A DNA stretch of 64,000 nt from an uncultured Chloroflexia bacterium (GTDB lineage: Bacteria; Chloroflexota; Limnocylindria; Limnocylindrales; CSP1-4), in assembly GCA_963746845.1 (NCBI GenBank), contig CAVVCZ010000008.1:9385-73384 (forward strand), read 5' to 3'. Made by a program: the position numbers and the translations under genes. A model generated the notes under the pieces. It searched no databases and was not told the origin of the DNA. It was given only the letters and a program-made list of their open reading frames with translations. Position 1 is the first letter of the stretch, and each line of letters starts with the position of its first letter. Below, piece after piece: positions 30,350-39,380 of the stretch.

Positions 30350-30715
30350 TCAGGCGGAGGGCGGATCCCAGATCGTCGCGTCGACGACGGCCTTGAACAG
30401 GCCATTGCTCCACGGCGCGGCGAGGTCGTAATCGCCGAACGCGGACCACTCCCGGTTGAGCCGGCCGAAGTCGGAGTTCGGGTCCTTGGCCGCCGCCGCC
30501 AGCCGGTCCATCGCGGCGTAGCTGTCGAGCTCGACGAACGACCGGTAGTTGCCCGCTGCCTTGTCGGACGTGAACACGGTCGAGAACGTCCCGAGGTAGC
30601 GGCAACCGGCCGGATGCGCCTTCGCGAGCTTCTCCTCGTTGTCCAGCATCCACTGCTGGTGGGCTTCGTCCTGACCGACCTTCACCGTGTACCCGAACTC
30701 CTGGATGAAGCGCAT
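30350..30715 (-). CDS. Hypothetical protein (possible dimeric alpha/beta barrel)
   Basis: RBS AAGGAGG, strong GC3, normal amino acid composition. Confidence 0.65.
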   Translation of the reverse strand: MRFIQEFGYTVKVGQDEAHQQWMLDNEEKLAKAHPAGCRYLGTFSTVFTSDKAAGNYRSFVELDSYAAMDRLAAAAKDPNSDFGRLNREWSAFGDYDLAAPWSNGLFKAVVDATIWDPPSA

Positions 30716-30787
30716 GTCGGTGCCTCCTTGCCGAATGGGGTGACGACACCACGGTACGACGTGTCCATCTGTCGCGTCGTGGTCCCT

Positions 30788-31654
30788 TCAGCTGTCGCCC
30801 GGACCCTCGATCAGCGCGAAGAGGTGGCGCGGCTCCGGGATCCCCTTGAGGGCATGGGTGCCACGGTCGTCGAAGTCGAGGCCCGCGCTGGCGGCGAGGT
30901 CCCGGGTCGTCTGCGCCACGAGCACCTCGCCCGGTCCGGCGAGCGCGGCGATCCGGGCGGCTTCGTGGACGGCCATCCCGCGGACCGCGTCGCCGACGAT
31001 CTCGACCTCCCCGACGTGGACCGCCGCGCGCGTCTCGAGGCCGTCGCTCCGGGCCGTGTCGCGGATGGCGACGGCGCAGCGGATCGCCCGGGCCGGCCCG
31101 TCGAAGGTGGCGAGCAGCCCGTCGCCCGCACGATCCACCTCGGTGCCCCGGAACTGGAGCACCTCGACCCGCGACCGCTCGACATGCCGACCGAGCAGCT
31201 CGCGCCACGCCGCGTCGCCGATCCGGGCGAGCAGGGCGGTCGACTCCACGATGTCGACGACGAGGAGGGTGACGAGCGACCGATCGAGGAACCGGCTCCC
31301 GCGGCCCGCCCACGTGCGCGGGCCCGACCACTCGATCATCACGGCCGGCTCGTCGCCGATCGTGAAGCCGTCGTGGCCGGGCGGGATGTCGTAGACGTCG
31401 TCCGGCCCGTACTCGAGGATCGTTCCGTCGCGCAGCTCGGCGCCCTGCCGGCCGGACAGCGTCACACCGACGTGGTGGCTCTCGCACCACTTGCCGCCGG
31501 CGATCGCCCGCATGTCGTTCGACCACCGCCAGCCCGGGTACTGGACGACCCGGGCGATGACCTCCTCGCCGACGAAGACGAGATCCTCCTCGACCCCGGG
31601 CAGCCGCACCGACTCGTCGGGGCGCCGGAGGTTCTTGGGCACGTGGTCGGCCAT
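30788..31654 (-). CDS. Cupin + class III adenylate/guanylate cyclase fusion
   Basis: PGWRWS...C..HH.G...IPPGHD cupin; DIVEST, GDG..ATF, VHEAAR cyclase motifs. Confidence 0.8.
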   Translation of the reverse strand: MADHVPKNLRRPDESVRLPGVEEDLVFVGEEVIARVVQYPGWRWSNDMRAIAGGKWCESHHVGVTLSGRQGAELRDGTILEYGPDDVYDIPPGHDGFTIGDEPAVMIEWSGPRTWAGRGSRFLDRSLVTLLVVDIVESTALLARIGDAAWRELLGRHVERSRVEVLQFRGTEVDRAGDGLLATFDGPARAIRCAVAIRDTARSDGLETRAAVHVGEVEIVGDAVRGMAVHEAARIAALAGPGEVLVAQTTRDLAASAGLDFDDRGTHALKGIPEPRHLFALIEGPGDS

Positions 31655-31960
31655 GCCCGGAAGAGTGATGCCGCCGTTCGCGCGACGTCAATGCCTCGGG
31701 CGCGGCGTGAGACCGGGCTCCGGTCCGGCCCGGGCTCCATCCGGCCCGGAGCCGCACCCGCTCCGATCCCGCGCCGTTTCTGTCGTTCGTTCACGTGGGG
31801 GTCGCTAGTCGGCGCGCAGGGCGTTCGCGGGCCGCACGGGCGAATGACGGTGTTACGATCCGCCCACTCGAGCCGGCTCCTCGTACGGGGTCCGTCCACG
31901 ACGCCTTCGGCGGCTGGATGCAGGGACCCGCGATGCCCCGGTGGAGTGAGGTGTGCGCGC

Positions 31961-33079
31961 ATGTCGACCGTGACGTTCGAGCACGTCACCAAGAAGTATG
32001 GTGACGTCCTCGCGGTGAACGACCTGAACCTTGCCATCAACGACGGCGAGTTCATGGTCCTGGTCGGACCCTCGGGCTGTGGCAAGACGACCAGTCTCCG
32101 GATGATCGCCGGCCTCGAGGAGATCTCCTCGGGCGAGCTGAAGATCGGCGACAAGGTCGTCAACGATGTGGCCCCGAAGGATCGCGACATCGCGATGGTC
32201 TTCCAGAGCTACGCGCTCTACCCGCACATGACGGTCCGCGACAACATGGCGTTCGGGCTGAAGCTCCGGAAGCTGCCGAAGGCGGACATCGAGAAGCGGG
32301 TCAACGAGGCGGCCGGCATCCTCAGCCTCGAGAAGCTCCTCGATCGCAAGCCGAAGGAGCTGTCCGGCGGCCAGCGCCAGCGCGTCGCGCTCGGCCGGGC
32401 GATCGTCCGCGAGCCCGCGGTGTTCCTCATGGACGAGCCCCTCTCGAACCTCGACGCCAAGCTGCGCGTCCAGACGCGGGCCGAGATCGCCCGTCTCCAC
32501 CAGCGGATGGGGACGACGTTCGTGTACGTCACCCACGACCAGGTCGAGGCGATGACGATGGGCACGCGGATCGCCGTGATGAGCGACGGCCTGCTCCAGC
32601 AGGTCGGCACGCCGCAGGTCCTGTACGACACCCCCGCCAACCGGTTCGTCGCCGGGTTCATCGGCAGTCCGTCGATGAACTTCGTCGACGTGACGTTCGA
32701 CAGCTCGGGTGGGACGGCGAAGTTGATCGGTCCCGGCAACTGGACCGCGAACCTGCCGAATCGGCTGGCGACGGCCGTCGGCGCGACCAGCGGCCGCAAG
32801 CTCGTCGCCGGGTTCAGGCCGGAGCACCTCGACCTCGATCCGGTCGAGGGCGACCAGGTGACCATCCCCGGCCACGCGGACGTCGTCGAGTACCTCGGCA
32901 ACGAGGAGCTCCTCCACGTCACGGCGGCCGAGAAGGACATCGTCGCGATCGTCGGCTCCGACCACCGGGTGAAGCCGGGCGACGTGCTCCAGATGATCCT
33001 GCCGCTCTCGAAGCTCCACCTGTTCGATGCGGAGACGGGCCTGAGCCTGACCTCCGATCGCGAAGCGATGGCCGCCTGA
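31961..33079 (+). CDS. Sugar ABC transporter ATP-binding protein (MalK/MsmX/UgpC family)
   Basis: GPSGCGKTT, AMVFQSYALYPHM, LSGGQRQRVA, DEPLSNLDAKLR, TOBE tail. Confidence 0.95.
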   Translation: MSTVTFEHVTKKYGDVLAVNDLNLAINDGEFMVLVGPSGCGKTTSLRMIAGLEEISSGELKIGDKVVNDVAPKDRDIAMVFQSYALYPHMTVRDNMAFGLKLRKLPKADIEKRVNEAAGILSLEKLLDRKPKELSGGQRQRVALGRAIVREPAVFLMDEPLSNLDAKLRVQTRAEIARLHQRMGTTFVYVTHDQVEAMTMGTRIAVMSDGLLQQVGTPQVLYDTPANRFVAGFIGSPSMNFVDVTFDSSGGTAKLIGPGNWTANLPNRLATAVGATSGRKLVAGFRPEHLDLDPVEGDQVTIPGHADVVEYLGNEELLHVTAAEKDIVAIVGSDHRVKPGDVLQMILPLSKLHLFDAETGLSLTSDREAMAA

Positions 33080-33168
33080 GCGCGGCGACCGACGGGGCCG
33101 GCGACGCCGGCCCGAACCCCGGAGACAGCTCGGGCGCGGCGCCGGACCCGGCGACCGCGCCCGCTGGC

Positions 33169-34335
33169 GTGACGGACGCGGGTGCCGACGGCATCGCCGG
33201 CTCCGGTGACGACGCCGACCTCGTCGAGCGGGTCGTCGATTCCCGGATCCTCCATCGGGGCCGCTACCTGACGTTCCGCGTCGACACGATCGAGCGCGCG
33301 GACGGCAGCCGGTCCGAGCGCGACATCGCCGGGCATCCGGGAGCGGTCGCGGTCGTCGCGATCGACGCCGAGGATCGCGTCCTGCTCGTCCGGCAGTGGC
33401 GGACCCCGGCCGAGCGGGTCCTGCTCGAGATCCCCGCCGGCACGCTCGACGAGGACGAGGCGACGGGCGCGATCGAGGACCCGGAGCTCGCATCCCGGCG
33501 CGAGCTCGAGGAGGAGACGGGCTACCGCGCCGGGGCCTGGCGGAAGCTCGCGGCGTTCTGGACGGCGCCGGGCTTCGCCGGCGAGCGCATGCACCTGTAC
33601 CTCGCCACGGATCTCGAGCCCGCCCACCCCGACGTGCGGCTCGGGCCCGACGAGGACGAGCACCTCCGGCTCGAGCGACGCCCCTTCGCGGACGCGATCG
33701 CGGCCGTCGAGTCCGGCGAGATCGCCGACGCGAAGTCGATCGTCGGGCTGCTCTGGGTCGACCGGATGCGTCGCGCGGCGGGCGCTGCCACGCCGGCCGG
33801 CCTGGGCGAGGGCCGGGCGGAGGCCGCTGCCGCTCCCTCACCCCTCGTCCAGCGCTCGTTCAGCTACACCCTGGGCGAGGCGATCCGGATCTCGATGCTG
33901 TCGATGCGCCGGTCGCGGTTCGCCCAGTTCACCTCGATCGCGATCGCCCTGATCTCGGTCCTCGGCGCGAATGGCGAGCTGATCGTCGCGCTGCCGGGGC
34001 TGATCGTGGCGTTCCTGTTCATCACGGGCCTCCTGAGCGTGCCGATCACGTTGTTCTTCGCCTGGCGGTACCGCGAGCGGTTGTTCGCCGTCACCACGGT
34101 GAGCGTCGACGTCGACGGGATCCGCGGCAGCTCGACCACGAGCCAGTGGGAGACGCCGTGGACCGCCTTCCAACGCCTCCAGGAGTCGGGCGGGTTCCTC
34201 CTGCTGGACCTCGGGCCGCAGCTCCTCTCGTTGCCGTTGCGGGCGTTCACGGCGGACGACCTGACGACGATCCGCCGGCTCGCGGCCGACGCCGGCTTCG
34301 GGCCCGACGGGCGGCCGGCACGCCCGAAGGTCTAA
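33169..34335 (+). CDS. NUDIX hydrolase (ADP-ribose pyrophosphatase-like) fused to a YcxB-like membrane domain
   Basis: HPGAV, RQWR, EIPAG.LD...A.RELEEETG, DEDE, DAKS; C-terminal 2 TM helices plus PW..F..L.E. Confidence 0.8.
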   Translation: MTDAGADGIAGSGDDADLVERVVDSRILHRGRYLTFRVDTIERADGSRSERDIAGHPGAVAVVAIDAEDRVLLVRQWRTPAERVLLEIPAGTLDEDEATGAIEDPELASRRELEEETGYRAGAWRKLAAFWTAPGFAGERMHLYLATDLEPAHPDVRLGPDEDEHLRLERRPFADAIAAVESGEIADAKSIVGLLWVDRMRRAAGAATPAGLGEGRAEAAAAPSPLVQRSFSYTLGEAIRISMLSMRRSRFAQFTSIAIALISVLGANGELIVALPGLIVAFLFITGLLSVPITLFFAWRYRERLFAVTTVSVDVDGIRGSSTTSQWETPWTAFQRLQESGGFLLLDLGPQLLSLPLRAFTADDLTTIRRLAADAGFGPDGRPARPKV

Positions 34336-34769
34336 CCCTCGGTCGGCTCGGGCGGGGTCGGTGACGGCGGCTCGGGCGGCGGCCCGAGGCGGGCGAGCGC
34401 GCCGGCGTAGAGCGTCGAGGTCGGGCTCAGCGCGACCGCGAGCCGCAGGTGCGTCCGCGCCTCGCCGCGACGGCCGAGCTGCTTCAGGCTCTGGCCGAGC
34501 GCGAAGTGGGCGTAGGGCGCCGACGGGTCGAGCACCAGGAGCCGCTCGAACGTCGCGCGGGACGCCTCGTGCTGACCGGAGTTGTAGTAGGCCCGCCCGA
34601 GGGCCTCGAGGATCGACGCCTTGCCGGGCTCCGCCCGGTCGGCTCGTTCGAGGACCGTCGCAGCCTGTGCGTAGTGGCGCCCCTTCAGCAGCTCGTGGCC
34701 GCGCTGGAGCAGCTCGTACGCCGACTCACGCTCGTCGTCCGGGTCGCGACCGGCCGCCTCGTGTTCCAT
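34332..34769 (-). CDS. Tetratricopeptide repeat protein
   Basis: EALGRAYY, YAHFALG..L TPR pattern. Confidence 0.8.
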   Translation of the reverse strand: MEHEAAGRDPDDERESAYELLQRGHELLKGRHYAQAATVLERADRAEPGKASILEALGRAYYNSGQHEASRATFERLLVLDPSAPYAHFALGQSLKQLGRRGEARTHLRLAVALSPTSTLYAGALARLGPPPEPPSPTPPEPTEG

Positions 34770-35391
34770 GCCCCGATGGTGGCACGATCGGTCCGATCGG
34801 GCCGTCAGCGCGGAGACGCGCCTCGAGCCACGGGACGAGGAGCTGTCGCTCCACCTCGACGGCGCCGTCCGACGAGAGACCGGACGTGCGGGCGGCAAAG
34901 TAGATGTGGACGTGCGCCGCGGCGACGACGGCGACCGCGACCGGATCGTCGTCGAGCGGCGCGATCGCCGCGCGGATCAGCGTCGCGACCCGCGCGTCGT
35001 AACGCGCCTCCGGCATGGCCCAGGCATCGATCCCGGCCCGGTCGGCCTCGCGGACCTCCCACCACCCGGTCGCCCGCTCGAAGAACGCGCCGATCTCGAC
35101 GAGCAGCCGGTCGACCCTCTCGATCGTCCCATCCGCCCCGTCGAAGATCGACGCGTCGGGCATCCCGAGCCCGTCGAGGATCGCCTCCGCGGCCGCCTCG
35201 GCCAGATCGGTCGGCCCGGGGAAATGGTTGCGGACCGTCGCCGGCGCCACGTCCGCCGCCCGTGCGACGGCCGGCACGGTCGCGCCGGCCACGCCGACCT
35301 CCCGGTACAGCTGGAGAGTTGCCGTCACGATCCGGGCGCGCGTCTCCGCCTTCGCCTCGTCCCGCTTGTCCATCGCGTAGCGACGGGGCAC
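34726..35391 (-). CDS. TetR/AcrR family regulator
   Basis: ETRARIV.A..L..E.G....TV..VA.AADVA.ATV..HFP. Confidence 0.85.
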   Translation of the reverse strand: MPRRYAMDKRDEAKAETRARIVTATLQLYREVGVAGATVPAVARAADVAPATVRNHFPGPTDLAEAAAEAILDGLGMPDASIFDGADGTIERVDRLLVEIGAFFERATGWWEVREADRAGIDAWAMPEARYDARVATLIRAAIAPLDDDPVAVAVVAAAHVHIYFAARTSGLSSDGAVEVERQLLVPWLEARLRADGPIGPIVPPSGHGTRGGRSRPGRRA

Positions 35392-35412
35392 GCTTCCTCC
35401 TCAATCGAATGG

Positions 35413-35441
35413 TTGACAGGTAAGTCAATCAATCCTATCAT
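35413..35441 (+). promoter_or_regulatory. sigma70 promoter overlapping a probable TetR operator
   Basis: TTGACA-N17-TATCAT; palindrome TTGAC-N6-GTCAA at 35413-35428 between divergent genes. Confidence 0.75.
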
Positions 35442-35484
35442 GCGCCCGTCCACACCGGGGAAGGCGAGCACTCGTGAGGGATCG

Positions 35485-36084
35485 ATGATGGCGACTGCGG
35501 ATCTCTACCGTCTGGCCGGTCTGTCCACGTGGGTTGCCCTCGTGGCGCTCGTCCTGTCCGGGATCGCCCTCGCCCTGTTCTTCGGCGGGGCCGGCGAGTT
35601 CTGGGGTCCGGTCAACGACGCCCTGATCGTCGTGACCGCGATCGCCCTCTTCCCCGCCGTGTTCGCCGTGGCACGGCTCGCCGGAGACCGCGGCGCGCCG
35701 TGGGTCTCGATCCTGTCGATCGCCGCGATCGCCGGGCTCGCGCTGATCGCCGTCGGTCAGACGCTGCTGATCGTCGGCCGGCTCTCGCTCGAGGGGTCGT
35801 TCGTGACCGGAGGGATCGGCGTCGTGCCGTTCCTCGCGTGGATCGTGCTGGTTGCGGTTCTCGGGATCGGCCTGGGCGTCCTCCCGGCCCGGACGGGCTG
35901 GCTGGCCGCTGCCGTGCTGGTCTCGATCGTCTCGGCGTCCTTGATCGCGACCGTGACGAGCGGACCTGTCTGGTGGGTCCTCGGGATCAGCGAGCTGCTC
36001 GTCCTGAGCGTCTGGCTGGCCGACCTGGCCGTATCGATCGGAGGCGCCGCCGGGGAGGTTGCGGTGATCGAGGCGACCGCCTAG
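35485..36084 (+). CDS. Hypothetical 6-TM membrane protein
   Basis: Multiple hydrophobic helices; divergent from TetR. Confidence 0.7.
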   Translation: MMATADLYRLAGLSTWVALVALVLSGIALALFFGGAGEFWGPVNDALIVVTAIALFPAVFAVARLAGDRGAPWVSILSIAAIAGLALIAVGQTLLIVGRLSLEGSFVTGGIGVVPFLAWIVLVAVLGIGLGVLPARTGWLAAAVLVSIVSASLIATVTSGPVWWVLGISELLVLSVWLADLAVSIGGAAGEVAVIEATA

Positions 36085-37115
36085 CCGGTCCCGTCCCGCC
36101 AGAGCTCGAGATCGATCGGCCTGAGCCGGGGCGATTCGGTCACGCCCGGGATCCGGCCGCGCTTGGCGATCGGCCGCCCGTCGATCTCCTTGATATCGCC
36201 GGTGAAGTCGATCGGCGTGGCGCCGCTGATGTACGAGCCGACGGCATACGAGTCGACCGGCGCGCCCTGCTCCTTGAACCAGGTGATCCGCTCGGGGGTG
36301 AGCCCGCCCGAGACGACGATCTTCACGTGGCGATAGCCCTCCTGATCGAGCCGCGCCCGGACCTCCTTCACGAGGTCGGCGGTGACCCGACCGCGCTCGG
36401 ACGGCGTGTCGAGGCGGATCCCGTAGAGCCGGTCGCCGAGGGCATGGGCGACGCGGAGCGCCTCCTCGGCCTCGTCCTTGAACGTGTCGACGAGGACGAT
36501 CCGGGGCACGTCGTCGTCGAGGTCGCGATCGAACGCCTCGGCCGCGAGGACCGTGTCGCCGAAGATCAGGACGAGCGAGTGGGGCATCGTCCCGGTCGGG
36601 TTCAGCCCGGCGAGGCGGGCGCCGGCCGGGGTCGACGCGCCGACACAGCCGCCGACGATCGCGGCGTAGTCGAGGACGTCGGTGATGTCCGGGTGGACGT
36701 GGCGGGCGCCGAACGAGACGACGGGATCCGGGGCCGCGGCGTCGACGACCTCGCGGGCCGCGGTGGCCCAGCCGGTCGACTGGGCGAGCATCCCGAGGAT
36801 CGCGGTCTCGTACAGCCCGAACCGCCGGTACCGGGCGTGGATCCGGAGGACGACCTCCTTCGGCGCGATCCGGTCGCCGTCGCTCAGCGCCTCGACCCGG
36901 GTCTCGGACGGCTCGCAGTCGGCGAGGACGTGCCCGATCAGGTTCTTGGCCTCGTCGATCCCGCACAGGATCGCGTCCTGGCGGGTGAAGACCTCCATCG
37001 TGACGACGGGGTCGAGGCCCTCGCGCTCCATGATGCTGGCCGCGCGGGCGAAGTAGACGTCCGCCGAGTCGCCGGACAGGATCTCGCGCGACGGTCGCGT
37101 GCGTACGAGCCCCAT
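36081..37115 (-). CDS. pncB: Nicotinate phosphoribosyltransferase
   Basis: D.YF, SFGARHVHP, GTMPHS, LVDTF.DE, IRLDTPS.R, SGG, VGS.I. Confidence 0.85.
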   Translation of the reverse strand: MGLVRTRPSREILSGDSADVYFARAASIMEREGLDPVVTMEVFTRQDAILCGIDEAKNLIGHVLADCEPSETRVEALSDGDRIAPKEVVLRIHARYRRFGLYETAILGMLAQSTGWATAAREVVDAAAPDPVVSFGARHVHPDITDVLDYAAIVGGCVGASTPAGARLAGLNPTGTMPHSLVLIFGDTVLAAEAFDRDLDDDVPRIVLVDTFKDEAEEALRVAHALGDRLYGIRLDTPSERGRVTADLVKEVRARLDQEGYRHVKIVVSGGLTPERITWFKEQGAPVDSYAVGSYISGATPIDFTGDIKEIDGRPIAKRGRIPGVTESPRLRPIDLELWRDGTG

Positions 37116-37128
37116 CAGCGGTCCTGGC

Positions 37129-39380
37129 TCACGATGCGTCTCCCTGGTCGGCGGGCGGTCCGTCCGGGCCCGCGTCGTCCGATGGCTCGGCCGGCGCGTT
37201 CGACTGGTCGGCGAGTGTAGCGTACGGTCCGCCCTCGGCCGGGCTGGTCGCCAGCTCCGAGACGGGCGCCGGCTCGGCCGCCAGCATGAGCAGCTCCGGC
37301 GCCGGATGGGCCATCGACGTCCGCGGCCGCCGCGTCGATGCGGGCCCCGAGGCTGCCCCGTGGGCCGCCGCCTCTGCCCCGTGGGCCCCTGCGGCCGTCA
37401 CGATCCGGCGGTGCCGGCGGCCGGACCAGATGATCAGCACGATCGCGATGACCCACGTCGAGGAGCACGACCAGGGCGAGGCTCCCCGCGAGGATCAGCC
37501 GGCCTCGTCCGACCTCCGCCGCACCGGCGATCAGCGCCGACAGCGCGGCCGCGTCCGCACCCGTGCGTCGCCACGCCGCTGCTGAACGACGCCCGGATCG
37601 CCGCGAGGCGGGTCTCCGGCGACCGCCCGAGGAGACCCACGGTCGTCAGGGTGTCCCGCGGCGCCGCCACGGCCGCCGACGCGCTCGAGACGAGACGTCC
37701 GTCCGCGATCTCGCGGTCGGCGAGGGCGGCCGCGCCCTGCAGCGAGTCGGTCGCGGTCTGGTACGCGGTCCGGAGATCCGGCGGCGGCGCGACCCCGAGC
37801 CCGGCGGCGACCGTCGCCAGCTCGTCCCGCTTGGCGATCACGTCCTCGGCGCTCGCGATCCGCGACGCCGCCTCGTCGAACCGCCAGCCGGACATCGAAT
37901 CGCGCACGTACATCGGCGGGAGCCAGTCGCCGCCTGCCGTAACGAGGCCGGCGTACGCGGTCCGGGCGGTCGCCCGCGCGTCGAGCTCCGCGACCTGCGC
38001 GTCCGTGACGACCCACTGGCGGAACAGGTCGTCGGCAGAGCGCGCATGACCGCGCTCGTCGAGCAGGTCCAGCAGCCGGCGCCAGTCGTTCGGGCCCGAG
38101 ACCGTCTCGGGCGCCCCGGCGCCGACGTACGCGATCTGGCGATCCTGTGCGGCCGCGAGGACGTCGCGCATCGGGTCGGTCCCGACCTCCCGGACGATCG
38201 ACCGGACGACCGTCCACGAGGCGTCGTACCCGAACTGCTCCCGGGCGTCGGTCTCGTCGTCGTTGATCCGGCCCGGGAAGACCCAGTCGTTGAGCTTGAC
38301 GGCCGCGGCATCGGTCGGGCTGACACGCGACGGGTTCCACGGCCCGAGCCCGGTCGCGTCGAGCGACTGGGCCGCGAACGTGTCCGCGAACCCCTCGTTG
38401 ATCCAGCGGCCGGCGAACAGGTCGTTGTTGAACCAGGCGTGCGACGACTCGTGGAGGATCGTCAGGTCGTCGAGGTCCTCGCTGATCTCGATCCGGTTCT
38501 CGCCCTCGAAGAAGATCCCGGCGTAGCCCTCGAGCAGTGGCGTGTGGACCTCGAACACGTCGAGGTCGCCGGACACCGGCCAGGTCAGGCCGGTCTCGTC
38601 GACGAGCTCGGGCAGGCCCTTCGTCAGCAGCTCCGCGACCTCCGTCTTCCAGGACGGGTCGTCCGGCCAGGCGTGGATCACGAGGTGCTCGCCGCCGGGC
38701 AGGTCGACCCGGGCGTTGGTGAGGGCGGCCTTCCGATCGGCGTTGACGACGACGTACCAGTCCGGGACGTCGGTGATGCTGGTGGCGCCGAACACCGTGG
38801 CCGTCCCGGCCGTCGACTTGACGACGTCGGATCCGCTCGTCTCCGCCTCGAACCCGGCCGGGATCACGACCCGGACCGAGCCCGAATCGCCGAACGCCCA
38901 GCCCACGAACGTCGCGAACGCCGGCCCGACGCGGATCTCGCTCTTCGAGCGTGGGGCGCCGCCGGGCAGATCGAACTGGACGCGGACCCTGGCGGTCTCG
39001 GCGTGGAACAGCGACGTCCGGAAGCGGACCTCGAGCTCCTTGAAGCCGTCGCGTGGCCGGATCGTCGTCGAGAGCGCCGCCCCGCCGGATGTCGCCTTGA
39101 TCGACGTGGCCTCGGGCTGGATGCCGATCCGGAACCCGTCGTAGAAGTAGCGGGTCACGACGCCGCCCGAGGTCTGGTTGGGCTTGTCGTTGCGGGCCGT
39201 CACGTCGACGAGGACGCGGACGACCTTCCGCGACGGGACGAGCGTGTAGGTCGCGCTCGACGTGAGCGTGAGGGTGTCCGTCGCGGCGCGGGCGACGGGC
39301 GCCGTCATCGGCCCGAGGCTCGCGGCCACCGCGAGGACCGTCGCGACGAGGAGGAGCCCCGCAGGCGAGCGGCGGCGCAT
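37129..39380 (-). CDS. Secreted/membrane gluzincin-like (HExxH) protein; two apparent +1 frameshifts near 37565 and 37459
   Basis: Signal peptide; HESSH...RWINEGFA; restored C-terminus aligns to the upstream paralog and contains a TM helix. Confidence 0.7.

Noticed and set aside
29378-31960. N-terminal 860 aa of the 1233-aa ORF and many other long Arg/Pro-rich overlapping ORFs
   Set aside because: These are shadow frames of high-GC genes; the real MalK-like gene starts at 31961.
34726-34804. Functional overlap of the TetR C-terminus with the TPR gene
   Set aside because: The tail is low-complexity and is probably read-through or an indel, with no support for function.
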